From the IMG/VR virus record IMGVR_UViG_3300029908_000008: DNA of 38,305 nt. One strand, written 5' to 3'. Origin of the DNA: an uncultured virus (IMG/VR IMGVR_UViG_3300029908_000008) (taxonomy: Duplodnaviria > Heunggongvirae > Uroviricota > Caudoviricetes). The notes under the pieces were generated by a model. That model did no database searches, was not told the DNA's origin, and saw only the letters and a program-made list of their open reading frames with translations. The position numbers were made by a program, and so were the translations under genes. Shown here in pieces: positions 1-7,678 of this stretch (its first letter is position 1; every line of letters starts with the position of its first letter).

Positions 1-159
1 TAAATTTTGATTCACACATATCGTATTCCATTCAACATAATTTTGAAATTCAATTAAGAATTTTTCCTCTAATTTATATTCTTTGCATAATTTATACCAA
101 TTATATTTTTTAGGATATTTTCTTATTTTATTTATTTTTTCTTCAGTTAGAGTTTTCAT
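1..159 (-). CDS. Trp-repeat family protein, N-terminal part (runs off the window edge)
   Basis: Manual translation from ATG at 159: MKTLTEEKINKIRKYPKKYNWYKLCKEYKLEEKFLIEFQNYVEWNTICVNQNL, a clear paralog of 672..1253. Confidence 0.8.
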   Translation of the reverse strand, partial: MKTLTEEKINKIRKYPKKYNWYKLCKEYKLEEKFLIEFQNYVEWNTICVNQNL

Positions 160-477
160 TTATTTTAAATACCTCGGACATTTTATCATATTTTTTTTTA
201 ATGCAGAGTAAAATTTTGGAGCAATTTCATTATAACAATTTTTATTCCAAAGATTAATTGTTGATTCTATTTTTGGTCTATGTTTTTTATAAAATTTATA
301 TGATAATTTATCGTAATCTAAAGAATAATAACACATAGGCGACCACTCTAAAAAAACATCATATTTATTCACAAATTCTTCATCAAATTTGTATTTTCTA
401 TACTCTAACATGTTCCAATTGAACAATGCTGGGTTCTTTTCAATTTGTTTAATTATATATTTTGGTATTTTTTTCAT
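160..477 (-). CDS. Trp-repeat family small protein with C-terminal CPRYLK tag
   Basis: 105 aa ORF; KFDEEFVNKYDVFLEW resembles the repeat unit of 672..1253; C-terminal half is similar to that of 672..1253. Confidence 0.75.
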   Translation of the reverse strand: MKKIPKYIIKQIEKNPALFNWNMLEYRKYKFDEEFVNKYDVFLEWSPMCYYSLDYDKLSYKFYKKHRPKIESTINLWNKNCYNEIAPKFYSALKKNMIKCPRYLK

Positions 478-675
478 TTATTTTTTTAAATATTCTGGAC
501 AATCATTAGGAATATATAATTTGAATTGTTTTTTAAACGTATCTTTGGATGTTGTACCGCAATTACTTACATCAAGCACATTTTCATAGTCAACATCAAA
601 TCTTGTAGTAGAACAAACTTTAACAATAAGATTTGTTTTAATTTTACTAATATAAACTTCGCCTGGATTAATCAC
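478..675 (-). CDS. small hypothetical protein with CPEYLKK tag
   Basis: 65 aa ORF; ATGA overlap with upstream gene; similar to 5024..5233. Confidence 0.75.
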   Translation of the reverse strand: MINPGEVYISKIKTNLIVKVCSTTRFDVDYENVLDVSNCGTTSKDTFKKQFKLYIPNDCPEYLKK

Positions 676-1253
676 GATAAGTATTTTGGTTTCACATTAA
701 TTTTATATTTTTTCAATGCTTGATGAAATTTTATATATTCTTCTTTAAGACTTTGGAATCCAGTATTATTTACAAAATTTACAAACGTACTTCTTATTTT
801 ATATTGAAATTTTCTTAGAAATATTTCGGAAATTTTATCGAAATCTACTGCATAACAAATATTAATCCAACTAATTTGTTTAGAATAATCTGTGATGAAA
901 GTTTCTGATAATGGATGTCTTGACAAATTAATCCAAATATATTTATTATTAAATAAATACGCATATTTTCTTAAAAAATCTTCAGAAAAACCTGGCAATC
1001 TTGGTTTTTTATAAAAAATTCCTATCCAGTGTATATATTTAGAAGTATAATCAGAATCAATCAATAATTCTGTGATAAATTCTTCAGAAAGATATTGCTT
1101 GTCACAGACAATATCCCATTCTAAATAATCTTTAAATTCTCTCATAAAATCTTCAGAAAGTATATAATTTAAAGATATATCATACCAAATATATTTTTCT
1201 GGATTTAATCTAATTTTAGATATTTTATTTTCAGTGAGTTGTTTGGGCTTCAT
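672..1253 (-). CDS. Trp-repeat protein (~24-aa LSEDFxxxFxxxxxW repeats) with KPKYLS tag
   Basis: Repeats LSEDFMREFKDYLEW, LSEEFI, FSEDFLRKY, LSETFITDYSKQISW, ISEIFLRKF. Confidence 0.8.
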   Translation of the reverse strand: MKPKQLTENKISKIRLNPEKYIWYDISLNYILSEDFMREFKDYLEWDIVCDKQYLSEEFITELLIDSDYTSKYIHWIGIFYKKPRLPGFSEDFLRKYAYLFNNKYIWINLSRHPLSETFITDYSKQISWINICYAVDFDKISEIFLRKFQYKIRSTFVNFVNNTGFQSLKEEYIKFHQALKKYKINVKPKYLS

Positions 1254-1255
1254 AG

Positions 1256-1756
1256 TTATAAATCCATTAGTTTTAAATTTTCTTTATTCCAAAATCTAAT
1301 ATATGCAAGTCTCATTAATTTAGTTCTCTCTTTATCAAGTAGTTTTCTACCATGAATTAAATCCGGCGCGGATTTAAGAATTTCAACAATAAATTTTTTA
1401 CCTACAATCTTTATTGATAATAATCCAGCGTAATCAGGGATATCATTAATTAAACTATCTGCTAAATCACTAGGCATCGCAAACCAAAATTTATGAATCA
1501 AATGGTTATCTATAACTGTAGATTTGTATTTTTTAATTCCATAAACTAATTTTTTATGTTTAAGTTTTTTAGATTTAAATTCCCTTTTAAAATCCGCCGC
1601 GCTTATTTTAATTTCTACTTCTTCTAACCAATCATTCTTGTTTAGTACAAGAATGTCCGCTTCGTATCCAGTAAATTTGCATCTTGGTACAATTATTTGA
1701 TCTAAAAAATTCCAATGTTTAGTGGCAAGAATTCTTGTGATATCAGTAGAAGTCAT
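1256..1756 (-). CDS. MmcB-like PD-(D/E)XK nuclease-fold protein
   Basis: EADILVL...EVEIKISAADF...FWFAMP...IPDYAGLL pattern typical of MmcB-like phage proteins. Confidence 0.7.
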   Translation of the reverse strand: MTSTDITRILATKHWNFLDQIIVPRCKFTGYEADILVLNKNDWLEEVEIKISAADFKREFKSKKLKHKKLVYGIKKYKSTVIDNHLIHKFWFAMPSDLADSLINDIPDYAGLLSIKIVGKKFIVEILKSAPDLIHGRKLLDKERTKLMRLAYIRFWNKENLKLMDL

Positions 1757-1765
1757 TTACTAGAT

Positions 1766-2482
1766 TCAAGACAATAATGGATTATATCTTGTACCGTCCT
1801 CATCACAATAAATTAGTTCCGCATCAGGCAATACCATCTGACCATTAACAGTGTTAATATTAATAAACAATTCTTCAGACTTTGCTTGTTGCACAACTAA
1901 GTCCTCATTATCATAAATAAAAGTCCATCCTCTAATTTCAGTGAGTGGTTTACCATTGTTATGCAATTCTTCTAATGGGCTTTTTACAGTTACAGATGCT
2001 TTTTCAATTGCTAGTAAATGAATTAATGCTTTTAATAAATGATATGGATTATTTGAGAAGTCACTAGGATAAGTATAAAGCCATGATGATGTACCATTAG
2101 AGTTTTTACTTACATGACAAACATGGCCCGAACTAAATTTAACTTCTGCGGTTTTTAATACATCTGATGCTAAAATTTCAAGAAAATCGTCAATATCAGG
2201 ATTGTTGATAGCCATTTCAAAAACTTTATTGGCTGTCTCTTCCACAATCTTGTCCACAAGAATATCATCATCACAATTAATAAAAGATAAATTTTGAGAA
2301 TCAGCAAAATTGATTGCTCTTAAGACTGCATCATCTTTATTTTCTACGCCTCTGATATGATCCTTAATACCAATTAAACTCCATTCAAGTTCTGATAATT
2401 TACTGTATTCAGCCACATAAAATTTATTATCTTTAGGATTCTCATAGGTAGATATAAAATTTTTATCTTTCTTTTTTGACAT
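1766..2482 (-). CDS. hypothetical protein
   Basis: 238 aa ORF in operon context; no recognised motif. Confidence 0.75.
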   Translation of the reverse strand: MSKKKDKNFISTYENPKDNKFYVAEYSKLSELEWSLIGIKDHIRGVENKDDAVLRAINFADSQNLSFINCDDDILVDKIVEETANKVFEMAINNPDIDDFLEILASDVLKTAEVKFSSGHVCHVSKNSNGTSSWLYTYPSDFSNNPYHLLKALIHLLAIEKASVTVKSPLEELHNNGKPLTEIRGWTFIYDNEDLVVQQAKSEELFININTVNGQMVLPDAELIYCDEDGTRYNPLLS

Positions 2483-2490
2483 AATTATTA

Positions 2491-2721
2491 TTATACAGTT
2501 TTTAGATAGTTTGGCATCAATAATATTTTTCTAATAAATACGAAATTAAGCCTTAAGATAATGTTATTATCGTATAAAATATCATAACAATTTCCAATTT
2601 TGCTAAAAATAGTTCCTTTTCTATGATAATATATATATGCTTGATTTTGACGAGAAAGGCATGTGCTGTATACTATATCTCCAATTTCAAATTCTGTTTT
2701 TTTAATATCTGTTATTATCAT
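2491..2721 (-). CDS. small SH3/KOW-like protein with MPNYLKTV tag
   Basis: FEIGDIV start motif, beta-rich 76 aa. Confidence 0.7.
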   Translation of the reverse strand: MIITDIKKTEFEIGDIVYSTCLSRQNQAYIYYHRKGTIFSKIGNCYDILYDNNIILRLNFVFIRKILLMPNYLKTV

Positions 2722-2915
2722 TTTAATTTTAAATAATCTGGAATTATTGGATTATATAGTTCTAACTCAGAGTTTTCAAAACAAATATCTTCAGTAATAT
2801 CAGTATAATATTCTTTATATTCATATTCAATAATAAATCCACGTTTAAATAAATATTCTTCAAATGCTGGTGGCACTCTGACCACAATCACATAATCACC
2901 TGGTTTAAATTTCAT
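2718..2915 (-). CDS. small SH3/KOW-like protein with IPDYLKLK tag
   Basis: MKFKPGDYVIV...FENSELELY. Confidence 0.75.
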   Translation of the reverse strand: MKFKPGDYVIVVRVPPAFEEYLFKRGFIIEYEYKEYYTDITEDICFENSELELYNPIIPDYLKLK

Positions 2916-3106
2916 TTGCTAAAGTACTCCGGAATTGTTTTAATAACTATTTCACATTCTTCATTTGTTATTTTAAATATAGAATTTTAGATTTTGATAT
3001 ATAAAAATTTATTAATAACTTTAAATACACGACTATATTTTTCATTAATATAATAGGCACAATCAAGAGTGCGAATTAAAGAGCCTACTTTAAATATTTC
3101 GGACAT
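2912..3106 (-). pseudogene. small array gene with internal stop, degenerate tag IPEYFSK
   Basis: Manual translation MSEIFKVGSLIRTLDCAYYINEKYSRVFKVINKFLYIKI*NSIFKITNEECEIVIKTIPEYFSK*; in-frame TAA at 2987-2989. Confidence 0.6.
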
Positions 3107-3282
3107 TCTTTCTCCACAAATTCAAATTCTGTATCTAATAATTCATAAATTTCATCATTAACAATAACACTCGAATAAAGTGTGTCTTGATAATAAACTT
3201 TAGAAATTTCATTTATAATATTAAATCTTAATGCATATTTGCAATGTTTTATTTTTATTAATCGATTTATTATGTTTCTCAT
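3085..3282 (-). CDS. small hypothetical protein with ECPKYLK tag
   Basis: Track ORF 3085..3303; the more likely start is the ATG at 3282, overlapping the upstream stop (ATGA). Confidence 0.7.
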   Translation of the reverse strand: MRNIINRLIKIKHCKYALRFNIINEISKVYYQDTLYSSVIVNDEIYELLDTEFEFVEKECPKYLK

Positions 3283-3443
3283 TTTAATAAATATTTTGGA
3301 CAATTAATTCTAGTAATTTCTTCTTCTAAAAACATATGGCATTGGTTGCTAATAGTTACGTAGTAAAAACCAAAATGATAAAGCGCAACCGAGCCGATGC
3401 CTTTACAACTTTTAATTTTATCTCCAGTTTTATATTTATTCAT
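3279..3443 (-). CDS. 54-aa SH3-like protein with NCPKYLLK tag (not in ORF track)
   Basis: Manual translation MNKYKTGDKIKSCKGIGSVALYHFGFYYVTISNQCHMFLEEEITRINCPKYLLK*. Confidence 0.7.
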   Translation of the reverse strand: MNKYKTGDKIKSCKGIGSVALYHFGFYYVTISNQCHMFLEEEITRINCPKYLLK

Positions 3444-3505
3444 AATTTATAAATATCTATACTTATAATAGTAGCCATATCATTACTAGGAAATGTTTCT
3501 AGAGT

Positions 3506-3709
3506 TTAAATTTTATTTATCAAATAATTCGGTTTAATAATTGGTTTATAATAATCTAATTCGGATTCATGATAATTACCAATATATTGGAAACCTTCCA
3601 TACTTTCTAATCCAAAATAATATTCAGAGCCAATTCTATTTACAGAATAAATTTTACATGATTCTCGATAAAATGGCCTATGTACAACAATATCGCCTTT
3701 TTGATACAT
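3506..3709 (-). CDS. small SH3/KOW-like protein with KPNYLINKI tag
   Basis: MYQKGDIVV...YHESELDYY. Confidence 0.75.
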   Translation of the reverse strand: MYQKGDIVVHRPFYRESCKIYSVNRIGSEYYFGLESMEGFQYIGNYHESELDYYKPIIKPNYLINKI

Positions 3710-3718
3710 GATTTATTA

Positions 3719-3945
3719 TTATATTTTCATATATTTCAGACATTGTTTATTAGATAATCTAAATTCATAGTAATATAAACTTTGATAATTATAACGAATT
3801 TTCTGGTTTTTGTAAAAATTATCACATGTTCTTAAAATCATTACAGTAAAATGGCTCTCGTCAACTTCGATAATTTTACACGCTTGATACCATAAACTCT
3901 TTCATAAATTAAGATATTACCTTCTTTAATTTGCGATTTTATCAT
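3719..3945 (-). pseudogene. frameshifted small array gene, degenerate tag QCLKYMKI
   Basis: MIKSQIKEGNILIYE then a frame change near 3900 to SLWYQACKIIEVDESHF...FRLSNKQCLKYMKI*; resembles 3950..4195 (ACEVIE, FRL). Confidence 0.6.
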
Positions 3946-3949
3946 TTAT

Positions 3950-4195
3950 TTAATATTTAAGATATTCTGGCCGTCGGTATAACAGTCTAAAACCATTTTC
4001 AGACAATGTAAATAAATCGCCTGGCATAAGATTTCCACCATTAATTTTTGGATTTATTAAACTGATCTTTATGCATCCTGTGTATCCATAAATTGTGTGT
4101 ACATTAGTTTCAATTACTTCACATGCAGTATTAACTAAATCTTCAATCCATTCAGCACCAATAAAAACTAACTTATCACCAATATTGTATGTCAT
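3950..4195 (-). CDS. small SH3-like protein with RPEYLKY tag
   Basis: Track ORF 3950..4213; likely start MTYNIGDKL at 4195 (ATGA overlap). Confidence 0.75.
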   Translation of the reverse strand: MTYNIGDKLVFIGAEWIEDLVNTACEVIETNVHTIYGYTGCIKISLINPKINGGNLMPGDLFTLSENGFRLLYRRPEYLKY

Positions 4196-4398
4196 AATAA
4201 ATACTCCGGACAATTATTCAATAATCTTAAATTGTTTTCTGTAAAATCGATTTGATGCGCTGGTAAATCTGATGGATGAGTTCTGTAATAACAGTTATGA
4301 GTATCTAAAAAATACCTAATTTCCACTATTATACAAGGCGAATCTGGCCAGTATCCAGAAATATCCATAACTTTATCGCCAATTTTGAATTTACTCAT
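4192..4398 (-). CDS. small SH3/KOW-like protein with NCPEYLL tag
   Basis: MSKFKIGDKV...FTENNLRLL. Confidence 0.75.
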   Translation of the reverse strand: MSKFKIGDKVMDISGYWPDSPCIIVEIRYFLDTHNCYYRTHPSDLPAHQIDFTENNLRLLNNCPEYLL

Positions 4399-4499
4399 TA
4401 TAGTTTTTATTTTTGTTGGTAAATTTTAATATCAATTATATTTAACAAGATATTTCTTCGTGAAATAAATATCACCAATTTTATTTATAATGGTTATAA

Positions 4500-4733
4500 T
4501 TATTTTAAATAATTTGGACATTTTTTAAATAAGTATGGAACAAAATATTTTATAAAATCTACTTTAAAATCCAAATAAAAGTCAAAAGCATAATCAAAAT
4601 TACAATCAAAATTATTGTCAAAATAATTGTTGCCATAGTATATGTATTCAATACTTTGATTATTAGTTGATATTATCTTGACTAGTTCATAACTTTTTTT
4701 ATCAATATATACATTATTTATTTTTAAAATCAT
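4500..4733 (-). CDS. small protein with KCPNYLK tag; paralog of 4821..5027
   Basis: Likely start MILKINNVYIDKK at 4733; shares MILKxNNxYIDK, NQxIxYxY and FxKYFxPY with 4821..5027. Confidence 0.75.
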   Translation of the reverse strand: MILKINNVYIDKKSYELVKIISTNNQSIEYIYYGNNYFDNNFDCNFDYAFDFYLDFKVDFIKYFVPYLFKKCPNYLK

Positions 4734-4815
4734 TTTAAATATTTTTGACAATTCATTATCAATTTTAATTCTGATTCAACAAAATATATGATAAAAATAA
4801 CATATATTTTGACGG
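4730..4815 (-). pseudogene. 3' remnant of a small array gene, degenerate tag NCQKYLK
   Basis: Frame reads YVIFIIYFVESELKLIMNCQKYLK*; no convincing start. Confidence 0.5.
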
Positions 4816-4820
4816 ATTAT

Positions 4821-5027
4821 TTAGGCTTTATTATTTTTTAAATAAAAAGGACATTCTTTAATAGGATATGGAAAAAAATATTTTGTAAAATTAAAATCAT
4901 AATTCCAATCAAGAGAATCATGGCCATGAATATATTCATAACTAATAGTTTGATTTACATAACGAGTTATTTTTACTATATGCTGTCGCTGTTTATCAAT
5001 ATATAAATTATTTGTTTTTAAGATCAT
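4821..5027 (-). CDS. small protein with ECPFYLKNNKA tag
   Basis: Likely start MILKTNNLYIDKQ at 5027 (ATGA overlap). Confidence 0.75.
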   Translation of the reverse strand: MILKTNNLYIDKQRQHIVKITRYVNQTISYEYIHGHDSLDWNYDFNFTKYFFPYPIKECPFYLKNNKA

Positions 5028-5233
5028 TTTTTTAAATATTCTGGACAATTAATTTTGTTTTTATACAAAGTAAAAATCGATGCCGCGAATGATATAGTAT
5101 GCATATATGTATATGGATGTTTATCAGAAAGTTTTCTATACTCTAAAAAATCATTATCAACTTTAACTATTTCTATAATTTCTTCATGCCCCGACTTATA
5201 CCTACATACATAAAATTCGCCCAGTTTAAACAT
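5024..5233 (-). CDS. small protein with NCPEYLKK tag
   Basis: 69 aa, MFKLGEFY start; TAATG overlap with the infA stop. Confidence 0.75.
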   Translation of the reverse strand: MFKLGEFYVCRYKSGHEEIIEIVKVDNDFLEYRKLSDKHPYTYMHTISFAASIFTLYKNKINCPEYLKK

Positions 5234-5484
5234 TATTTAATTCTTTTAGTGATTCTACCATTCAAAAGATCATATGGCGATAATTCTACCACAACTGTAT
5301 CTCCAACTAAAATTTTAATATGATTTTGTTTCATTTTACCAGCAATATATCCACTCACCGTTAAATTATCACCAATATCTACAGCAACACGCGCATTTGC
5401 AAATATCTCCTGTACTATACCTGTGACCTCAATTGCTTCTTCTTTTTGTTTTTCTTGTTTTTTAATTATTTTATTTCTTCCCAA
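5233..5484 (-). CDS. infA: translation initiation factor IF-1
   Basis: KEEAIEVTGIV...YIAGKMKQNHIKILVGDTVVVELSPYDLLNGRI closely matches the IF-1 S1-domain consensus. Confidence 0.93.
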   Translation of the reverse strand: MGRNKIIKKQEKQKEEAIEVTGIVQEIFANARVAVDIGDNLTVSGYIAGKMKQNHIKILVGDTVVVELSPYDLLNGRITKRIK

Positions 5485-7603
5485 ATTTTAATTTCTCCTT
5501 AAATTTATGGTATTGTTCTTTTTCAATGATTTCACTCATGTCGATGTATTTCTCAGCGATTTCTCTAATAGAATCTTTTCCCAAATATGATTGTGTGCTA
5601 AGAATTATTGATAATTCCATTAGAAAATCAATATTATCCTTGAGCATTTGCAAACATTCCTCCCGAGCATTATCTAAAATATTATCCATATTACTATCTA
5701 AAGTATTGTACATGGCTTCTCCAAAATATAAATCTCTTGATATTTCCATAAGATTTGAAGTAAGCCCAGACATGACTAAACTCTGTGCTAATGAATTTGC
5801 TTGCGTGATATCACTTCCTGCACCAAAACAACGATTTTCATCACCAAAAATTAACTCTTCTGCTAATGTCCCTGCCAAACAAATTTTAATTTGATTAATA
5901 GCAGATTTTTTAGTAAGATGTTTATTGTAATTGACTTCCATAAAACCTAAACTATCACTATCTGCCGTTTTACTTCTTACTGATTTTGGAATGATTTTTT
6001 CATAAATAATATGAGCCACAACATGCCCTGCCTCATGAACTGCGACAGCCGCTTGTTCTTCAGAATCATCAGATTGCCTCAGATTGTCCATACTTAATTT
6101 AATTGGATAATTAAATTCTTGATTATTAATTTTAACATCATGAATACTATCTTTATAATCCCAAACAATTTTACTCACATTGCCTAGTGTAAAACAATCA
6201 ATTAATATATTTGGCATATATGATGTAATATGTGTGGAAATAGTGTGAAGAACAGGTCTTGCACCTTGAGTTGGTACAACTCCTTCTTTATAAATTAATT
6301 CCCTAATATTATCCGTAAATTCAAGGTCAATATTATAATGAGTTTTAAATTTTTGTTTTTCTCTGATTAAATTAAGGTCAATTAAACTATAATAATCATT
6401 CCTACTAAACGCCTTGTAAATAAGAAAATTATTACCCATTCTAGATAATTGTTCAGGACGATATAATTTAAGCAAACTCTCTTTCACAGATTGTGCTGTA
6501 ATTTTCTCAGAATTCTCAAAGAATGTATCTGGATCGATATCTGGATTTAATTCTTTGCTTACACCATAAGCGGAATCAATATTTGCTAATGTAAAAATAA
6601 CAGACTGGGATAAATTAATTGAAGCCATTGATGTAGAAATTATTTTAATGATTTTTTTCAAATAATCCACAATATTTTTAGCAGAGTCTAATTCTTTGAT
6701 TTTGTTAAAGAACACTTTATAATCTTTTTGATAATCAAAGAATGATGGCGCAGAATCATAAAGAAAATTATACGTAGACTCTGGAACGAATGGTAATTGA
6801 GTAAAACCACCAGTAAGTCTTTGTAATGAATTAATTTTTTCTGCATAAAGGTTTGGATTTGAAAGATAATATCTAAAATCTTCCATTTCCTCACTAAATT
6901 CTTCATCTTTTCCGCGCGGATCTGAATCTAACAATTCACATTTATTATCAAAAAAATCTTGCCAGCATACTACATATTCTTCATCAGTGCCATATGGTAA
7001 ATTACATTTATTAAGAAATGTGCGATAATTTTCTTCATCATTTACAATTATTCCATTTTTTACTTGAATTTTAGATTCTAAACATTGAGTATAACCGTTT
7101 AACAGCACCCTAGAAATAGAATTATCTATTGTAAGGTTTACCACACCAGAATCAAGTAAATCCCAAATATCTCTCAGAGAACCTCTTTCTAATTCGTCAC
7201 CTTCTTTATCTAGAGTTCTTCCCAATTGAAATTCATCGAAACAAATAATTGATTGTTTCGGATAATAAGTCTTATAAAAAGTATGAAGATCTTTTCCTAA
7301 TTTGTCATTTGCTTTTGTTGCGTAGTTACCTACGTCAATTCTTGCATAGTTGTCTTTCAAATCCAGCAATTCTACAAGCCGATTAATTAATGAGGTTTTC
7401 CCACATCCGGTTAAACTAACTAAATTAATAATAATTGGCTTTGTGAGAGATTCTGGAAGAATATAAAAAGGTTTAATTAATTGCATTAATTCTGCAATGA
7501 CGTAATCAATTCCCACAAATTCTTTTTTAAGTTGTGATTCAATCTGATTAAGATGATTCTGACGTTTAAGGATATCTTGTTGACGTGTTTTTGTAATTTT
7601 CAT
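5471..7603 (-). CDS. soluble AAA+ ATPase fused to an M41 (FtsH-type) zinc metallopeptidase
   Basis: Walker A SLTGCGKTS, Walker B ICFDE, Clp-like RPEQLSR and GARP, then HEAGH and LAGTLAEELIFG...GAGSDI; no evident transmembrane segment. Confidence 0.85.
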   Translation of the reverse strand: MKITKTRQQDILKRQNHLNQIESQLKKEFVGIDYVIAELMQLIKPFYILPESLTKPIIINLVSLTGCGKTSLINRLVELLDLKDNYARIDVGNYATKANDKLGKDLHTFYKTYYPKQSIICFDEFQLGRTLDKEGDELERGSLRDIWDLLDSGVVNLTIDNSISRVLLNGYTQCLESKIQVKNGIIVNDEENYRTFLNKCNLPYGTDEEYVVCWQDFFDNKCELLDSDPRGKDEEFSEEMEDFRYYLSNPNLYAEKINSLQRLTGGFTQLPFVPESTYNFLYDSAPSFFDYQKDYKVFFNKIKELDSAKNIVDYLKKIIKIISTSMASINLSQSVIFTLANIDSAYGVSKELNPDIDPDTFFENSEKITAQSVKESLLKLYRPEQLSRMGNNFLIYKAFSRNDYYSLIDLNLIREKQKFKTHYNIDLEFTDNIRELIYKEGVVPTQGARPVLHTISTHITSYMPNILIDCFTLGNVSKIVWDYKDSIHDVKINNQEFNYPIKLSMDNLRQSDDSEEQAAVAVHEAGHVVAHIIYEKIIPKSVRSKTADSDSLGFMEVNYNKHLTKKSAINQIKICLAGTLAEELIFGDENRCFGAGSDITQANSLAQSLVMSGLTSNLMEISRDLYFGEAMYNTLDSNMDNILDNAREECLQMLKDNIDFLMELSIILSTQSYLGKDSIREIAEKYIDMSEIIEKEQYHKFKEKLKFGKK

Positions 7604-7678
7604 AATTTTAATATATAGAAACAGAATTAATGTACAATTTTTTAGGATTTTTTACTAATAAAATTGAATTAAAATGAT

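Noticed and set aside
160..5233. CRISPR array or integron attC array
   Set aside because: The recurring junction motif is short, degenerate, protein-coding and not palindromic. Spacing is irregular (about 160-580 bp), and no cas or integrase gene is present in the window.
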